Made by a program: the position numbers and the translations under genes. Below, piece after piece: positions 20,222 through 29,551 of a stretch of DNA of 64,000 nucleotides. The DNA lies in NCBI GenBank assembly GCA_965215195.1, contig CBDCDC010000002.1, forward strand, positions 1,568,001-1,632,000. Reading direction: 5' to 3'. Below the pieces are notes generated by a model that made no database searches, was not told where the DNA came from, and saw only the letters and a program-made list of their open reading frames with translations. The first letter of the stretch is position 1. Each line of letters opens with the position of its first letter. Source of the DNA: Candidatus Latescibacterota bacterium. Its GTDB lineage: Bacteria > Latescibacterota > UBA2968 > UBA8231.

Positions 20222-21883
20222 TTAATCTGCGGGAAGTTCAATTTGGGGAAGCACCTCTGCGAAGATGCGTACCTCGTCGGCGTATTCTTCCCTGAGTTGG
20301 GCCACCAATTGGTTGAAGCGTTGTTCGGTCTCCACGAGGCGCAGAATGGCCCTTATGCGCTCGTGCTCGTGCTCGAGGGAGCGCATAAGGCCACCGGTGC
20401 GGTCGTTGACGCGAAAAATGGAATAGCCGCCCTTCACGGCCACTGGACCGACCAGCTCGCCCAACTCCGCCTCCGTAGCGTAGCGCAACAATTCGCCATA
20501 TAGGCTCTTCTCGTACGAGTGGAGGTGTACTTGGCCCCTGTTTGCGGCCGCGCCGTAGCGCGTGCTCAGAGGGGCTAAATCAGCTATAGTTTCCCCTTGA
20601 TCTAAACGCCGGCGCAGCTTTTGGGCCCGCTCCACATCCTCTACTAAGACTTCCTCGATATATATCTCCACTGGGGTGCGGAACTTTTCGCGCTGGTCTT
20701 CGTAGTACTCGGCGATGGCTTCGTCCTCGATGACTATCCGCTCGCTGATCTCGACCCGGCGCAGCGCCATGATGAGCAATTGCTCGGCCTTGCGCTGTTT
20801 CCACCAGCGCATCTCCTCGCTATCCAAGTAGCCGGCCGACTTGGCCGCTTCCCAGACCATGGCCTTGGGAATGGGCAGCTTCCAAGCCGCGCGAATCACC
20901 TGCACACTGTCGCCTAGGGCGGGTTGTTCCTCGGCCTCGCGGAATGAAGCGATGTAATCGCCCACAGTTATTTGGCCGCCATGGTACGCAAAGAGCGGCG
21001 TACTGGCTTCTGCCGCAGAGAGCGGGGGATAGGTCGCGGCCGCGGCATCTTTGGCGACCAGCACGGCGAGTCCGGCCGATACGGGACGCAGGTCGAGAGT
21101 GGCTGCCTGCTCTTCGAGCAGGGCGCGGTGTTGGGCGACGAATTCTTCCTTCCACATGCTCTTGTAGAGTTCCTCGCGGTACTTGGCAAATTCGGCTTCT
21201 CGCTCGTCTGTGCAATAAATCAACTCAAAGCCGCCATCCACGGGCACAACCTCGGAAACAGCACCCGCACTCAAGGTGACAAAAACTTGCGGGGCAATGC
21301 CGGCCTGTACTGCGCTCACGCGATTGAGATACCCCAAGGGCCCTCCTCGGGGCGGGACTCGCCCGTCGCGGGAGTAGGTCTTGGCCAAGGAGTCGAGAGC
21401 TACTCCCTGCGCTAGGTGCCGGCGAATTTGCCGGGCTTCCTCCAAGCTATCGACCACCAGTCGGCTCAGGGACTTTTCGCGCTGGTACTGCCCCTGGTCA
21501 AAGCGCTGCCGCATTTCCTCGTTGGTGATCTCGATGCGGGCGTGTATGGTCTTGGCTTGGTAGGTATTGATCACTTTTTCGCGCAACCTTGCGGCCAGTT
21601 GCGCCCTAAACATCCGGGTCTGGTCCAGTCCGCGGGCCCGCGCCGCGCGGACTAGCAGCTTCTGGTCGATGAGCGACTGCAAGTAATCGCGGCGGGCTGC
21701 ATCACCGCTCTCCTTGGAGCGCAAACCAGGCCCCAGCGAAGCGATCAGCCGCTCCACGTCCTTCTTGTAAATGGGCTCGTCGCCCACTTGGGCGACGACG
21801 AGATGGACCGGGGCTTGCTCTTGTGCAGCACAGCCGAGCAGCACCAATCCCAAGTACAGGCTTGCGATCACCTTGCGCCACAT
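20222..21883 (-). CDS. Parvulin-type peptidyl-prolyl isomerase/SurA-PrsA-like lipoprotein, two PPIase modules
   Basis: Lipobox LLGC; VVAQVGDEPI; LAKTYSRD...GGPLGY; GELVGPVAVKGGYSIFRV. Confidence 0.82.
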   Translation of the reverse strand: MWRKVIASLYLGLVLLGCAAQEQAPVHLVVAQVGDEPIYKKDVERLIASLGPGLRSKESGDAARRDYLQSLIDQKLLVRAARARGLDQTRMFRAQLAARLREKVINTYQAKTIHARIEITNEEMRQRFDQGQYQREKSLSRLVVDSLEEARQIRRHLAQGVALDSLAKTYSRDGRVPPRGGPLGYLNRVSAVQAGIAPQVFVTLSAGAVSEVVPVDGGFELIYCTDEREAEFAKYREELYKSMWKEEFVAQHRALLEEQAATLDLRPVSAGLAVLVAKDAAAATYPPLSAAEASTPLFAYHGGQITVGDYIASFREAEEQPALGDSVQVIRAAWKLPIPKAMVWEAAKSAGYLDSEEMRWWKQRKAEQLLIMALRRVEISERIVIEDEAIAEYYEDQREKFRTPVEIYIEEVLVEDVERAQKLRRRLDQGETIADLAPLSTRYGAAANRGQVHLHSYEKSLYGELLRYATEAELGELVGPVAVKGGYSIFRVNDRTGGLMRSLEHEHERIRAILRLVETEQRFNQLVAQLREEYADEVRIFAEVLPQIELPAD

Positions 21884-22105
21884 AAACCCTCTAAGATGCG
21901 GTAAAAAATTGTCGGGGGGCGAAAATTGCGGTAAAATTAAGCGGGCGGCTTGGGCGAAAATGTAATTATCTCTCGTGCAAAGGACAAGAAACCAGCCGGT
22001 TTGTGGTATGGCCCGCAGGCAAGTACGAGAAGATCAAAACGCGAATTCTCGCACCTTCGCCTGCTTCGTCGCCTTGCAGCTATCCTGCTCCGCCAAAGGT
22101 TCCCC

Positions 22106-23692
22106 ATGACGACCCATACCCCCCGCAATCTATCCCGCCTCGGCGATGCCGGGCACTTCATCAGCACCTTCCGCGCCATTTATCTCAACAATCCCGACGG
22201 CCGCGCCTTTGCCTTCACCGCGCACCGCTACCTATGGCCCACCCGCTGGGAAGGCGATGGCCAAGTAATCCTCTTCGGCCCCGCAGGCAAGGAAGTGGCC
22301 CGCAGCCCGATCGCCGGCCAAGCCGAGTGCGCGACCGCACAGGTCCCGGCCGGGCAAAAAGGGGTGTACGCCGCCCGCATTGAGGGCTTGGGCTATCACC
22401 TGATGTGGTTTGAATGCACCCTAGCGCAGATGGTCATCGACTGCGGCGACTGGGAGCAGAGAACAGGGCGCGAAGAGACCTTCGACATGCACACCGTCAC
22501 CGTGCCGCGGCGCTGGTACTTCTTCGTGCCGGAGGGAGTGAACGAATTCCAAGTCGGCAGCCGGCACGGGGGTGCCCACCGCCAAGACTCGGGCTTGGTC
22601 GTCTTTACCCCCCGGGGCCAGCCGGTGGCCGCCCATTTCGGCAGCCGGCCGCGGCCGTGGGGGGCGTCCTTTACCGAGCGCTTCAACATGACGCCGGCTT
22701 GGGATATCGTCGACCAAGAACCGGAAATGCACGTCATGCGCATCGAGACCGATCCGGGCAGCACCGGCCGCTTCTGGTCCATCTGGCTGTGCGGCGGCGA
22801 CGGCCACTGCTATAGCCCGATGCAGATCTTGCTCAATGGAGTGCCCACCTATTTATCCTCTATGCCCGAACAGTGGTTCAACCCGCAGACCGGCCGACCG
22901 GCCCCGGTGGTGCAATACGACTTTCACGTCGGCCCCGCCCAGCGCACCAGCGAGACCTTCTGCGCGCCCAGTCCGCTCTTGGGCGATACCGATACCGGCA
23001 TGCGCGGGGCGCACGCGGTCTATGTACACAACCCGGAAAACCGCCCCTTCGACTTTTGCGCCACTGGCTACATTATCCCGCAGGACGAGTACCTCCCCGT
23101 GCAGTTCCGGGCCAGTGGCCCCCAAGGCCAAGCACTGGGCCAAGCCGCAGGCGCGTTCACCCACAAATCCCCACCAGAGCCAGCCCGGATCAGCGTCCCG
23201 GCCGCCGGTGCGGGCGCGTACAAGGTGGAGGTTGATGCCGCCCGTTGGTACGGCTGGAGCGAACCGACCATGGGCATGGTGCTGGCGGGCCATCCCACGG
23301 CCGACGGAGGGGCGCGGTTTTCCCTGATGCTGGCCTTGGGACGGCACTGGTTCTTCGGCGTACCCGCAGGGACTCGAGAATTCAGCGTGCGAATCAACTT
23401 GGCCGATCCCAACCACGTGTTGCACGTTGAAGTACACGGGCCGGACCGGATCGCCCAAGTTTTGTACGCGCCCGGCGGTGCGCCGCGGGAAGTCCGGGTG
23501 CCAGTGCCCGAGGGCTTGGACGGCAAGGTGTGGTTTTTACGGCTGTCAGTGGGCAGTGCCACCCGCCTACTCGGACAGGGGGCGCAGAACCGGCGCACCG
23601 TGCAAATCGACCCGGATGTCGAACTGCACGGCGTGCCCGGGTACATCGCCCCCACTTGGGAGCAGTGGTTCAATCCAGCAGAGATGAGCTGA
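22106..23692 (+). CDS. Hypothetical protein with internal two-fold repeat
   Basis: RRWYFFVPEG/RHWFFGVPAG and GVPTYLSSMPEQWFNP/GVPGYIAPTWEQWFNP; ATG start chosen within the 580-aa ORF. Confidence 0.7.
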   Translation: MTTHTPRNLSRLGDAGHFISTFRAIYLNNPDGRAFAFTAHRYLWPTRWEGDGQVILFGPAGKEVARSPIAGQAECATAQVPAGQKGVYAARIEGLGYHLMWFECTLAQMVIDCGDWEQRTGREETFDMHTVTVPRRWYFFVPEGVNEFQVGSRHGGAHRQDSGLVVFTPRGQPVAAHFGSRPRPWGASFTERFNMTPAWDIVDQEPEMHVMRIETDPGSTGRFWSIWLCGGDGHCYSPMQILLNGVPTYLSSMPEQWFNPQTGRPAPVVQYDFHVGPAQRTSETFCAPSPLLGDTDTGMRGAHAVYVHNPENRPFDFCATGYIIPQDEYLPVQFRASGPQGQALGQAAGAFTHKSPPEPARISVPAAGAGAYKVEVDAARWYGWSEPTMGMVLAGHPTADGGARFSLMLALGRHWFFGVPAGTREFSVRINLADPNHVLHVEVHGPDRIAQVLYAPGGAPREVRVPVPEGLDGKVWFLRLSVGSATRLLGQGAQNRRTVQIDPDVELHGVPGYIAPTWEQWFNPAEMS

Positions 23693-23710
23693 GGTTGCGA
23701 ACTTTTAGCT

Positions 23711-24424
23711 TCAGCAGCAGCCCTTCACTTCCCGGTCGGAAGGCGCTTGACAGCGAATGAACTCGTAGAACAGCGCGCCGGCTCCAGCCCCCAGCACCGG
23801 ACCGACGATGTACGCAGCAAAAGCCGTCCATTCGCCGGCTGCCAAGGCCGGGCCTAAGCTGCGGGCTGGATTCATCGAGGCCCCACACAACGGCCCGGCG
23901 AACAGGGCCTCCAGCCCCACGGTGCCGCCAATGGCCAAACCGGCCGCCGGCCCCACAGCGCGAAAATCGGTCGCCATGCTCGTAATGACCAGCATCAGCA
24001 AAAAGGTCAGCATGAATTCCCACACAAGGGCCGTGGCGAACAGGCCGTCCACCGGCCGAGTGACCCCCAAGTTCAGCACCTGCCGAGGTTGCGCGGCGGC
24101 CAGTACCGACGACAAACTCGCCAGATGCACGTAGCTGGCGGCCACGGCCCCGGCGCACTGGGCCAAGATATAGGGCGCAATCTCTCTTTTGGGGAAATGC
24201 CGCGTCAGGGCAAACGCAAGGGTCACCGCTGGGTTGAAATGCGCCCCGGAAATGTGGCCGGTGGCATAGATCATCACCATAATGACCAGCCCAAATGTGG
24301 CGGCAACGCCCACATGGCTGACCGCCCCGCCGGAAATCTGGTCAATGGCCACGGCACCGCAGCCGGCAAAGACAAGGGCAAACGCGCCGATGAATTCGGC
24401 GGCGCATTTTCGCAATAGATTCAC
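23711..24424 (-). CDS. MIP/aquaporin-family channel (NIP-like)
   Basis: Two NPA motifs (HISGAHFNPAVT, GASMNPARS); C-terminal GCC. Confidence 0.92.
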   Translation of the reverse strand: MNLLRKCAAEFIGAFALVFAGCGAVAIDQISGGAVSHVGVAATFGLVIMVMIYATGHISGAHFNPAVTLAFALTRHFPKREIAPYILAQCAGAVAASYVHLASLSSVLAAAQPRQVLNLGVTRPVDGLFATALVWEFMLTFLLMLVITSMATDFRAVGPAAGLAIGGTVGLEALFAGPLCGASMNPARSLGPALAAGEWTAFAAYIVGPVLGAGAGALFYEFIRCQAPSDREVKGCC

Positions 24425-24433
24425 AAGTGGTTC

Positions 24434-24733
24434 TCAGCGGGCGACCTGCCCCTCGAGTCGGACGCCCTCGTACTGTTGAATATGGTTGATAACCTCAAAC
24501 AAGTTGCGGGCTGGTGGGTTGCCATTTGGCCCGAACATGTGCCTGAGGCTCTCGCTGCCAAGCGCGTCGAACCCCATCGTCGCGTTGATATAGTCGCGCA
24601 GCACGACCTTGCCGGTGTCCACATCGCCGGCGAGCATACACCTAATGCCTTCTTTCACAAGTTCCTCTCGGAAGGCCGGGTCGCGCTGGACGCGGGCCTG
24701 TATCGTCTCTTTGACATTACGTGTCAGTGCCAT
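24434..24733 (-). CDS. Addiction-module antidote/HTH antitoxin, orphan
   Basis: MALTR...RDPAFREEL...LRDYINAT.GF...GNP.ARNLF pattern; no toxin ORF upstream. Confidence 0.7.
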   Translation of the reverse strand: MALTRNVKETIQARVQRDPAFREELVKEGIRCMLAGDVDTGKVVLRDYINATMGFDALGSESLRHMFGPNGNPPARNLFEVINHIQQYEGVRLEGQVAR

Positions 24734-24893
24734 ATCTCATAAAAATCTCCCGTGATACTGACTTTTTCACCTGTCAGAGGGATAGGGATTGAATCGGCGA
24801 TGGGCTGGCAACGCACCAGGCGTTTGTCTGTCCCTGAGTCGATTCAACTACGGGGTCTTGCCTAATGAAAGGCCAATCACTCTATTTTAGGGT

Positions 24894-25262
24894 ATGGAAA
24901 CAATACGTACCCTCTCTTGTAGGCTCGTGGTTCCGCCGCCGATGGCGACTCGTATTGAGGCCACGTTTACGGCCTTTGCCCATGCGTGCAAGTTCGTTGC
25001 CGATTGGGGCAACGAGCACAAGAAGCACCGGCAGTATGACCTGCATAAAGGCTGCTACCGGGTTATCCGGGACCAGTTGGGTCTTTCTGCCAACCTTGCG
25101 GTGCGGGCGATTGGGCGGGTGGCGCCTCGACTGGCGAATCCGAAAACCCGGCAGAGCCGGTTCAAGTCTGTGTCGATTGACTACGACGCTCGTATCTTCG
25201 CGCTGGACGTGGAAAGCGAAACGGTTAGTATTCGCCTGGAGGACCCACGATGTCTAACTTAG
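24894..25262 (+). pseudogene. tnpB: Truncated IS200/IS605 TnpB (N-terminal part only)
   Basis: TLSCRL...AFAHAC...YRVIRDQLGLSANLAVRAIGRVA...SIDYDARIF; no RuvC or zinc finger. Confidence 0.7.
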
Positions 25263-25489
25263 ACCGCATTGAGATCAATCCCAGAGTCATGATGGGAAAA
25301 CCCGTGGTGAGAGGGACGCGCATTCCAGTAGATCTGATATTGAGAAAGCTGAGTGAGGGCGCGTCAGAAGACGATTTGCTCGACGCTTATCCTAGGCTCA
25401 CAGTAGAAGACATACGCGCAGCATTACATTATGCCGCAGCCGCGCTTGCCCTTGAAGAAACGATTTTTGTGCTCCCCGCAGGATCGTGA
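25250..25489 (+). CDS. DUF433 antitoxin
   Basis: RIEINPRVMMGKPVVRGTRIPV...AYPRLTVEDIRAALHYA. Confidence 0.9.
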   Translation: MSNLDRIEINPRVMMGKPVVRGTRIPVDLILRKLSEGASEDDLLDAYPRLTVEDIRAALHYAAAALALEETIFVLPAGS

Positions 25490-25493
25490 TTTG

Positions 25494-25853
25494 ATGAATT
25501 TTCTCGTAGATGAGAGTTGTGATTTTGCTGTGGTGAGAGCGTTGCGCGATGAAGGATATGAAGTAACGGCTGTTGCGGAAGTTACGCCAGCAGCAGATGA
25601 TGAGGATGTTATTGGCCTTGCTTACGGTGAGGCCAAAATTCTTTTGACAGAGGACAAAGACTTTGGACGGCTGGTTTATGCTCATGCACATCCTTCAGGT
25701 GGCGTGATCTTAATCCGTTTTCCATCGAATATCCGCCGTATCTTGCCCGAAGTTATTTTGAATTTGGTTCGCGATATGGAAGAGCAATTGGCAAGTTGTT
25801 TTGTTGTTGTTGAACCCGGGCGCATTCGCATCAACAGGCGTACGGTTGAATGA
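25494..25853 (+). CDS. DUF5615 PIN-like toxin
   Basis: MNFLVDES...LLTEDKDFG; directly downstream of DUF433. Confidence 0.85.
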   Translation: MNFLVDESCDFAVVRALRDEGYEVTAVAEVTPAADDEDVIGLAYGEAKILLTEDKDFGRLVYAHAHPSGGVILIRFPSNIRRILPEVILNLVRDMEEQLASCFVVVEPGRIRINRRTVE

Positions 25854-25976
25854 ACCACACGGCGGCTCGCCTTGGCGCCCTCACACCTCCTGACTTTCTA
25901 GCGATCTGGTGCTGTTACAAATCAGCCTTTTTGGGGATGCTTGTAAGAACATAACACTCCCAACAATCGCTCAGGA

Positions 25977-27977
25977 CTATCGCCCCTGCAATCGCGTCAA
26001 CGCGCGCTGGGCCTTGGCGTACTCGGGAGCCAAGCTCAGGGTCAGGCGGTAGAACTCGGCCGCCTTGTCGAATTGGCCCAAGTCGTGGTAGGCCGCGCCC
26101 AGATTAAAGGCGATTAAGTGATTGCCGGGCGCGGCTTTTAGCGCCATGGCAAAATAATCCACCGCCCGTTCCAACGCCCCTTGCCGAACCTCGATCAAGC
26201 CCAGCTCATTGGCCGCCTGCGCCCGCACCTCGTCCCGGCTTAGCGCGGCCGCAAAAACTTCCCGGGCCTGCTCAATTGCCCCCATTTTCTTATAGACCTG
26301 TCCCAGCGACAGAAAAACCGCCGCGTCATCCCCTTTTGCCAAAACTCGGCCGTAGTGCTCGGCCGCTTGCTCGTATCGTCCCATAGTCCGGTATAGAGCC
26401 GCCAAGTTGAGGTGCAACCCCCGATCGTCGGGAGCTTGCGCCAAAGCTCGTCGATAAACCGCCTCGGCTTCGTCGTAGCGCCTCAGCGCGGCCAGCGCCG
26501 CACCCAGATTGTGGTGCGCCCGCAGGTAATTGGGATCGAGCTGCACGGCGGTCCCAAAGGAACGCACCGCAGCCGCGTACTGCCCCCGTTGGGCCTCGAC
26601 GCGCCCCAGAGCAAAGTGTATTTCCGCGTCGGCCAAGGGGTTGGCCGGCCGCAGGCCGGCGTTGGCGGCTAGCCCCAGCAAGGCGACGCAAGCCACACCG
26701 ATCCCCAAGGGACGCCACTGCCGCTCCCGCCCCTGGTCCACCAGCCAGACCAAGGCGTACCCGGCAAACAGCAGCAGCAGCGGCACGAGGGGCAGGCGAT
26801 AGCGGCCGGTAATAAAAAAGAGCAGCAGGGAGGCGCTGTACGCGCCGGTGCAAAGCAGCAGCAAACCCGCTGCGGGCCGATGCCGCCAAGCCAGCACCAT
26901 GCCCACAGCGGCCAAGGGGCCCAGCAGGCCAAAGGGAAAGGCAAAGTGGTGGGTTTTCCACAGTAAGACGCCCATCAGCCAAGAATAGGTGCGGGCGAAG
27001 TACGCGTCTTGGTTGCGTTTGATCTCCTCGCCCCGCATCAACAAGAACGCCTTGTACCCCAACAACCGCACAAAATCCCCAGGCGCACTAGCGATCCAGT
27101 CGCCGGCTTGCCGGTAGAAGTACGCCGAGCGCTCGGCGTACCCCCCATGGCCTGCGGCCAGCGGCTGCTCCATTAGGGCCTCCCATTCCGGCCCCGGGCG
27201 GATCCCCACCAAGCGGTCGTAATCGGGATGATTGCCCAAGTAGAAATTCACTCCGCCGTTCCAAGACACCGGGATGAACTCGCCGCTGACCGCCCAATTC
27301 CTCGCCGTCACTACGCCAACTACTGAACAGGTAGCCGCCGCAAAAAGCAGGCACCACGCCAGCTTGCTGCGCCCTGCTCGCTCGGTGCTCTTCCAGTACC
27401 ACAGGCCGGCGCAAGGGGCCAACAGGGCCGCATTGGGCACGGCGACTATGGCCAAGCCCTCAACGAGGCCCGCCGCTAGGGCCTGTCCCCATCCCCGGCC
27501 GGGCTGGAGCAGGACAAAGAGCAGCAGAAGATTGAGAAAAACGGCCAGCGCGGTGGGCAGCAACTCACCCTCAAAATAGATGGAGGGTCCGTATAGACAG
27601 GCCATGATCCCAGCGAGGAGACCGACTCGGGTGCCAAATACCGACCGGCCGATGCCAAAGACCAAGGCACAAGAGGCCGCTCCCAAGAGGAACTGAATAA
27701 AGCGGGGCGTCCAGTACAAGTCGCCGCAAACGGCATAGACTATGGCGAGGAAGTAGGGGTATAGAGGCGGCTGCCAAAAGGGCTTGTCCCCCACCCAAGA
27801 CACCTCGGCGAGCTGCCGCGCCTGGGCCACATAGGAGTGGGCGTCCACGACCGGTGCCGCGAAAAAGGGATGGTCCTCGCCGTGCTCCAGATAGACCAGA
27901 CGCACGGCCAACGCTAGGAGCAAGAGACCGCCCGCCACCCCCAGCTCGCGCCGGCCCATCCGGGCTGCTGAGCCCAT
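25977..27977 (-). CDS. GT-C (ArnT/PMT-like) membrane glycosyltransferase with C-terminal TPR repeats
   Basis: DAHSY...PFWQPPLYPYFLA, NGGVNFYLGN, RYRLPLVP; several TPRs; start uncertain. Confidence 0.8.
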   Translation of the reverse strand: MGSAARMGRRELGVAGGLLLLALAVRLVYLEHGEDHPFFAAPVVDAHSYVAQARQLAEVSWVGDKPFWQPPLYPYFLAIVYAVCGDLYWTPRFIQFLLGAASCALVFGIGRSVFGTRVGLLAGIMACLYGPSIYFEGELLPTALAVFLNLLLLFVLLQPGRGWGQALAAGLVEGLAIVAVPNAALLAPCAGLWYWKSTERAGRSKLAWCLLFAAATCSVVGVVTARNWAVSGEFIPVSWNGGVNFYLGNHPDYDRLVGIRPGPEWEALMEQPLAAGHGGYAERSAYFYRQAGDWIASAPGDFVRLLGYKAFLLMRGEEIKRNQDAYFARTYSWLMGVLLWKTHHFAFPFGLLGPLAAVGMVLAWRHRPAAGLLLLCTGAYSASLLLFFITGRYRLPLVPLLLLFAGYALVWLVDQGRERQWRPLGIGVACVALLGLAANAGLRPANPLADAEIHFALGRVEAQRGQYAAAVRSFGTAVQLDPNYLRAHHNLGAALAALRRYDEAEAVYRRALAQAPDDRGLHLNLAALYRTMGRYEQAAEHYGRVLAKGDDAAVFLSLGQVYKKMGAIEQAREVFAAALSRDEVRAQAANELGLIEVRQGALERAVDYFAMALKAAPGNHLIAFNLGAAYHDLGQFDKAAEFYRLTLSLAPEYAKAQRALTRLQGR

Positions 27978-27990
27978 TGGCAGTTCACAA

Positions 27991-28003
27991 CTGACGTTAC
28001 GCA
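27991..28003. repeat. Further copy of the 13-bp TIR at the left edge of the polysaccharide region
   Basis: TTCACAA|CTGACGTTACGCA. Confidence 0.75.
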
Positions 28004-28099
28004 TCGTCGGGGTCCGTTGCGGCCATCACGCGTACAAGGCCGCTCAGCAGGTCCGCGTTATTCTTACACCGCACTCGCACCAGCGCCTGAACGGTGCCA

Positions 28100-29551
28100 C
28101 TATTCTCGGACGCCCGCTCCCCCACCCTCGCGTTTCCAAGTTTCCAACAAGGCGGCAAAGGCCAGCGCGATCCAAAAGTAACGAGCCTGCGAGTGAACAT
28201 CGACGAGGTTGACTATCAGCATGGCGATAAACGCGCTCAAAAAAGCGACTTTCCATATCGTCGCCGACGCGGACAGGCCGGATGCCGGCGCTGGCCACAT
28301 CACCGCCAACGCGTACGCGAGCAACGCCAGAAAGGGGAGCGCCCCCAGCAAACCCGCCTCAGCCAGCACTTTGAGATACCCGTTGTGAACGCCGAGAGCA
28401 GAGGTCTCGGAGAAACGCTGGACGAACTCCTTGCGGAACGTCCTGAATCCACTGCCCCCCACGGGGTTATCGAACCACAAATCTAGGGCAAATTTCCAGT
28501 TTTTGAGTCTCCAACTGTCTATATCGAGCCTGCCTGTATGTTTGACGTTGCTCTTTTCCTCACTAGGTCCTCTCACTTTCTCGTCCCACTCACCGGAGGC
28601 TATGACGAGGCGATCAAGTGCCGTAACGCCGGCCGGTAGCGTTTGCCAAAGCGATACCATCAGGGCGAAGATAGCGAGGCTTGTCAAAGCCAAAATCTTG
28701 ACGTGGTGAAACGCTCTCGTGTTCAGTGCCATGCGAACGACAAAAACGATGTACGCGATGAGAACGGCGAGCACACCCGAGCGGGAGCCGGTAAGCGTTA
28801 GGCCACAAAGAATCATGATTACGAGACCTGGGGCAATCAACTTGGGACGCATCCGCTCGGATTGCAGAAGGATGCCCATTCCCAGAGCATAAGCCAGTAT
28901 GGCAAACAGCCCTAGCCCGTTCAGGCCGTATGCGTTTCCGATTACTGTTTGGACGAATACGCGGCCATCCTTGGCGAACTCGGTGATGCTTTTCTGCACG
29001 AAAAGAAAGCCCTCCCAGTGCCGGTCTTCGCCATAGCGTCTCACACAATTTGGTACATCCGCGCATTTCAGCCCCAAGACATCGCTGCCGAAATAGAACT
29101 CAATCGCCGTCAGCAGGTAGAGGAGGCAGACTGCGCCCAATATCGTCCAAGCAAAGGACCGTATCCGCTCCTCCCGCCGCAAGGTTTCCACCACCATGGC
29201 GATGATTATCAGGTAGGTGGGCAGCCGGAGCAGGGCAAAGACGGAACGGGTTGAGTGGTCGCCCCACAGGAAGGACAGGGCCAAGGCCAGCAGGAACAGC
29301 GCGGCGAGACGTTGCGTCCAAGTGTCGGTCGCCATGCCGACCAAACCTCTGAAACCCTTTAGAACGAATGTCGCGACGAGGAACCCGCCGGTGATGGCCA
29401 CGAACAGGAGGATTTCGAGGACCTCTGACCAAGCTCTCAGCAGAGACTGAAAAGTCGCCTCCACAACCAAGGCGTAGCCCAGCAGCCAGCGCACCTCGCC
29501 GAGCAGGTGCAAGCCCCGTCCGCCGGTGGATGCCTCGGATTCCCTGCTCAC
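28100..29551 (-). CDS. O-antigen ligase/Wzy_C-like membrane protein
   Basis: LTGSRSG, R...W...NPVGGSG...HNGYLKVLAEAGLLG; GTG start overlaps upstream stop. Confidence 0.8.
   Translation of the reverse strand: MSRESEASTGGRGLHLLGEVRWLLGYALVVEATFQSLLRAWSEVLEILLFVAITGGFLVATFVLKGFRGLVGMATDTWTQRLAALFLLALALSFLWGDHSTRSVFALLRLPTYLIIIAMVVETLRREERIRSFAWTILGAVCLLYLLTAIEFYFGSDVLGLKCADVPNCVRRYGEDRHWEGFLFVQKSITEFAKDGRVFVQTVIGNAYGLNGLGLFAILAYALGMGILLQSERMRPKLIAPGLVIMILCGLTLTGSRSGVLAVLIAYIVFVVRMALNTRAFHHVKILALTSLAIFALMVSLWQTLPAGVTALDRLVIASGEWDEKVRGPSEEKSNVKHTGRLDIDSWRLKNWKFALDLWFDNPVGGSGFRTFRKEFVQRFSETSALGVHNGYLKVLAEAGLLGALPFLALLAYALAVMWPAPASGLSASATIWKVAFLSAFIAMLIVNLVDVHSQARYFWIALAFAALLETWKREGGGAGVRE

Noticed and set aside
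24780-25262. Functional TnpB/Cas12f RNA-guided system
   Set aside because: The ORF ends before the RuvC domain; no right end, omegaRNA or array was recognised
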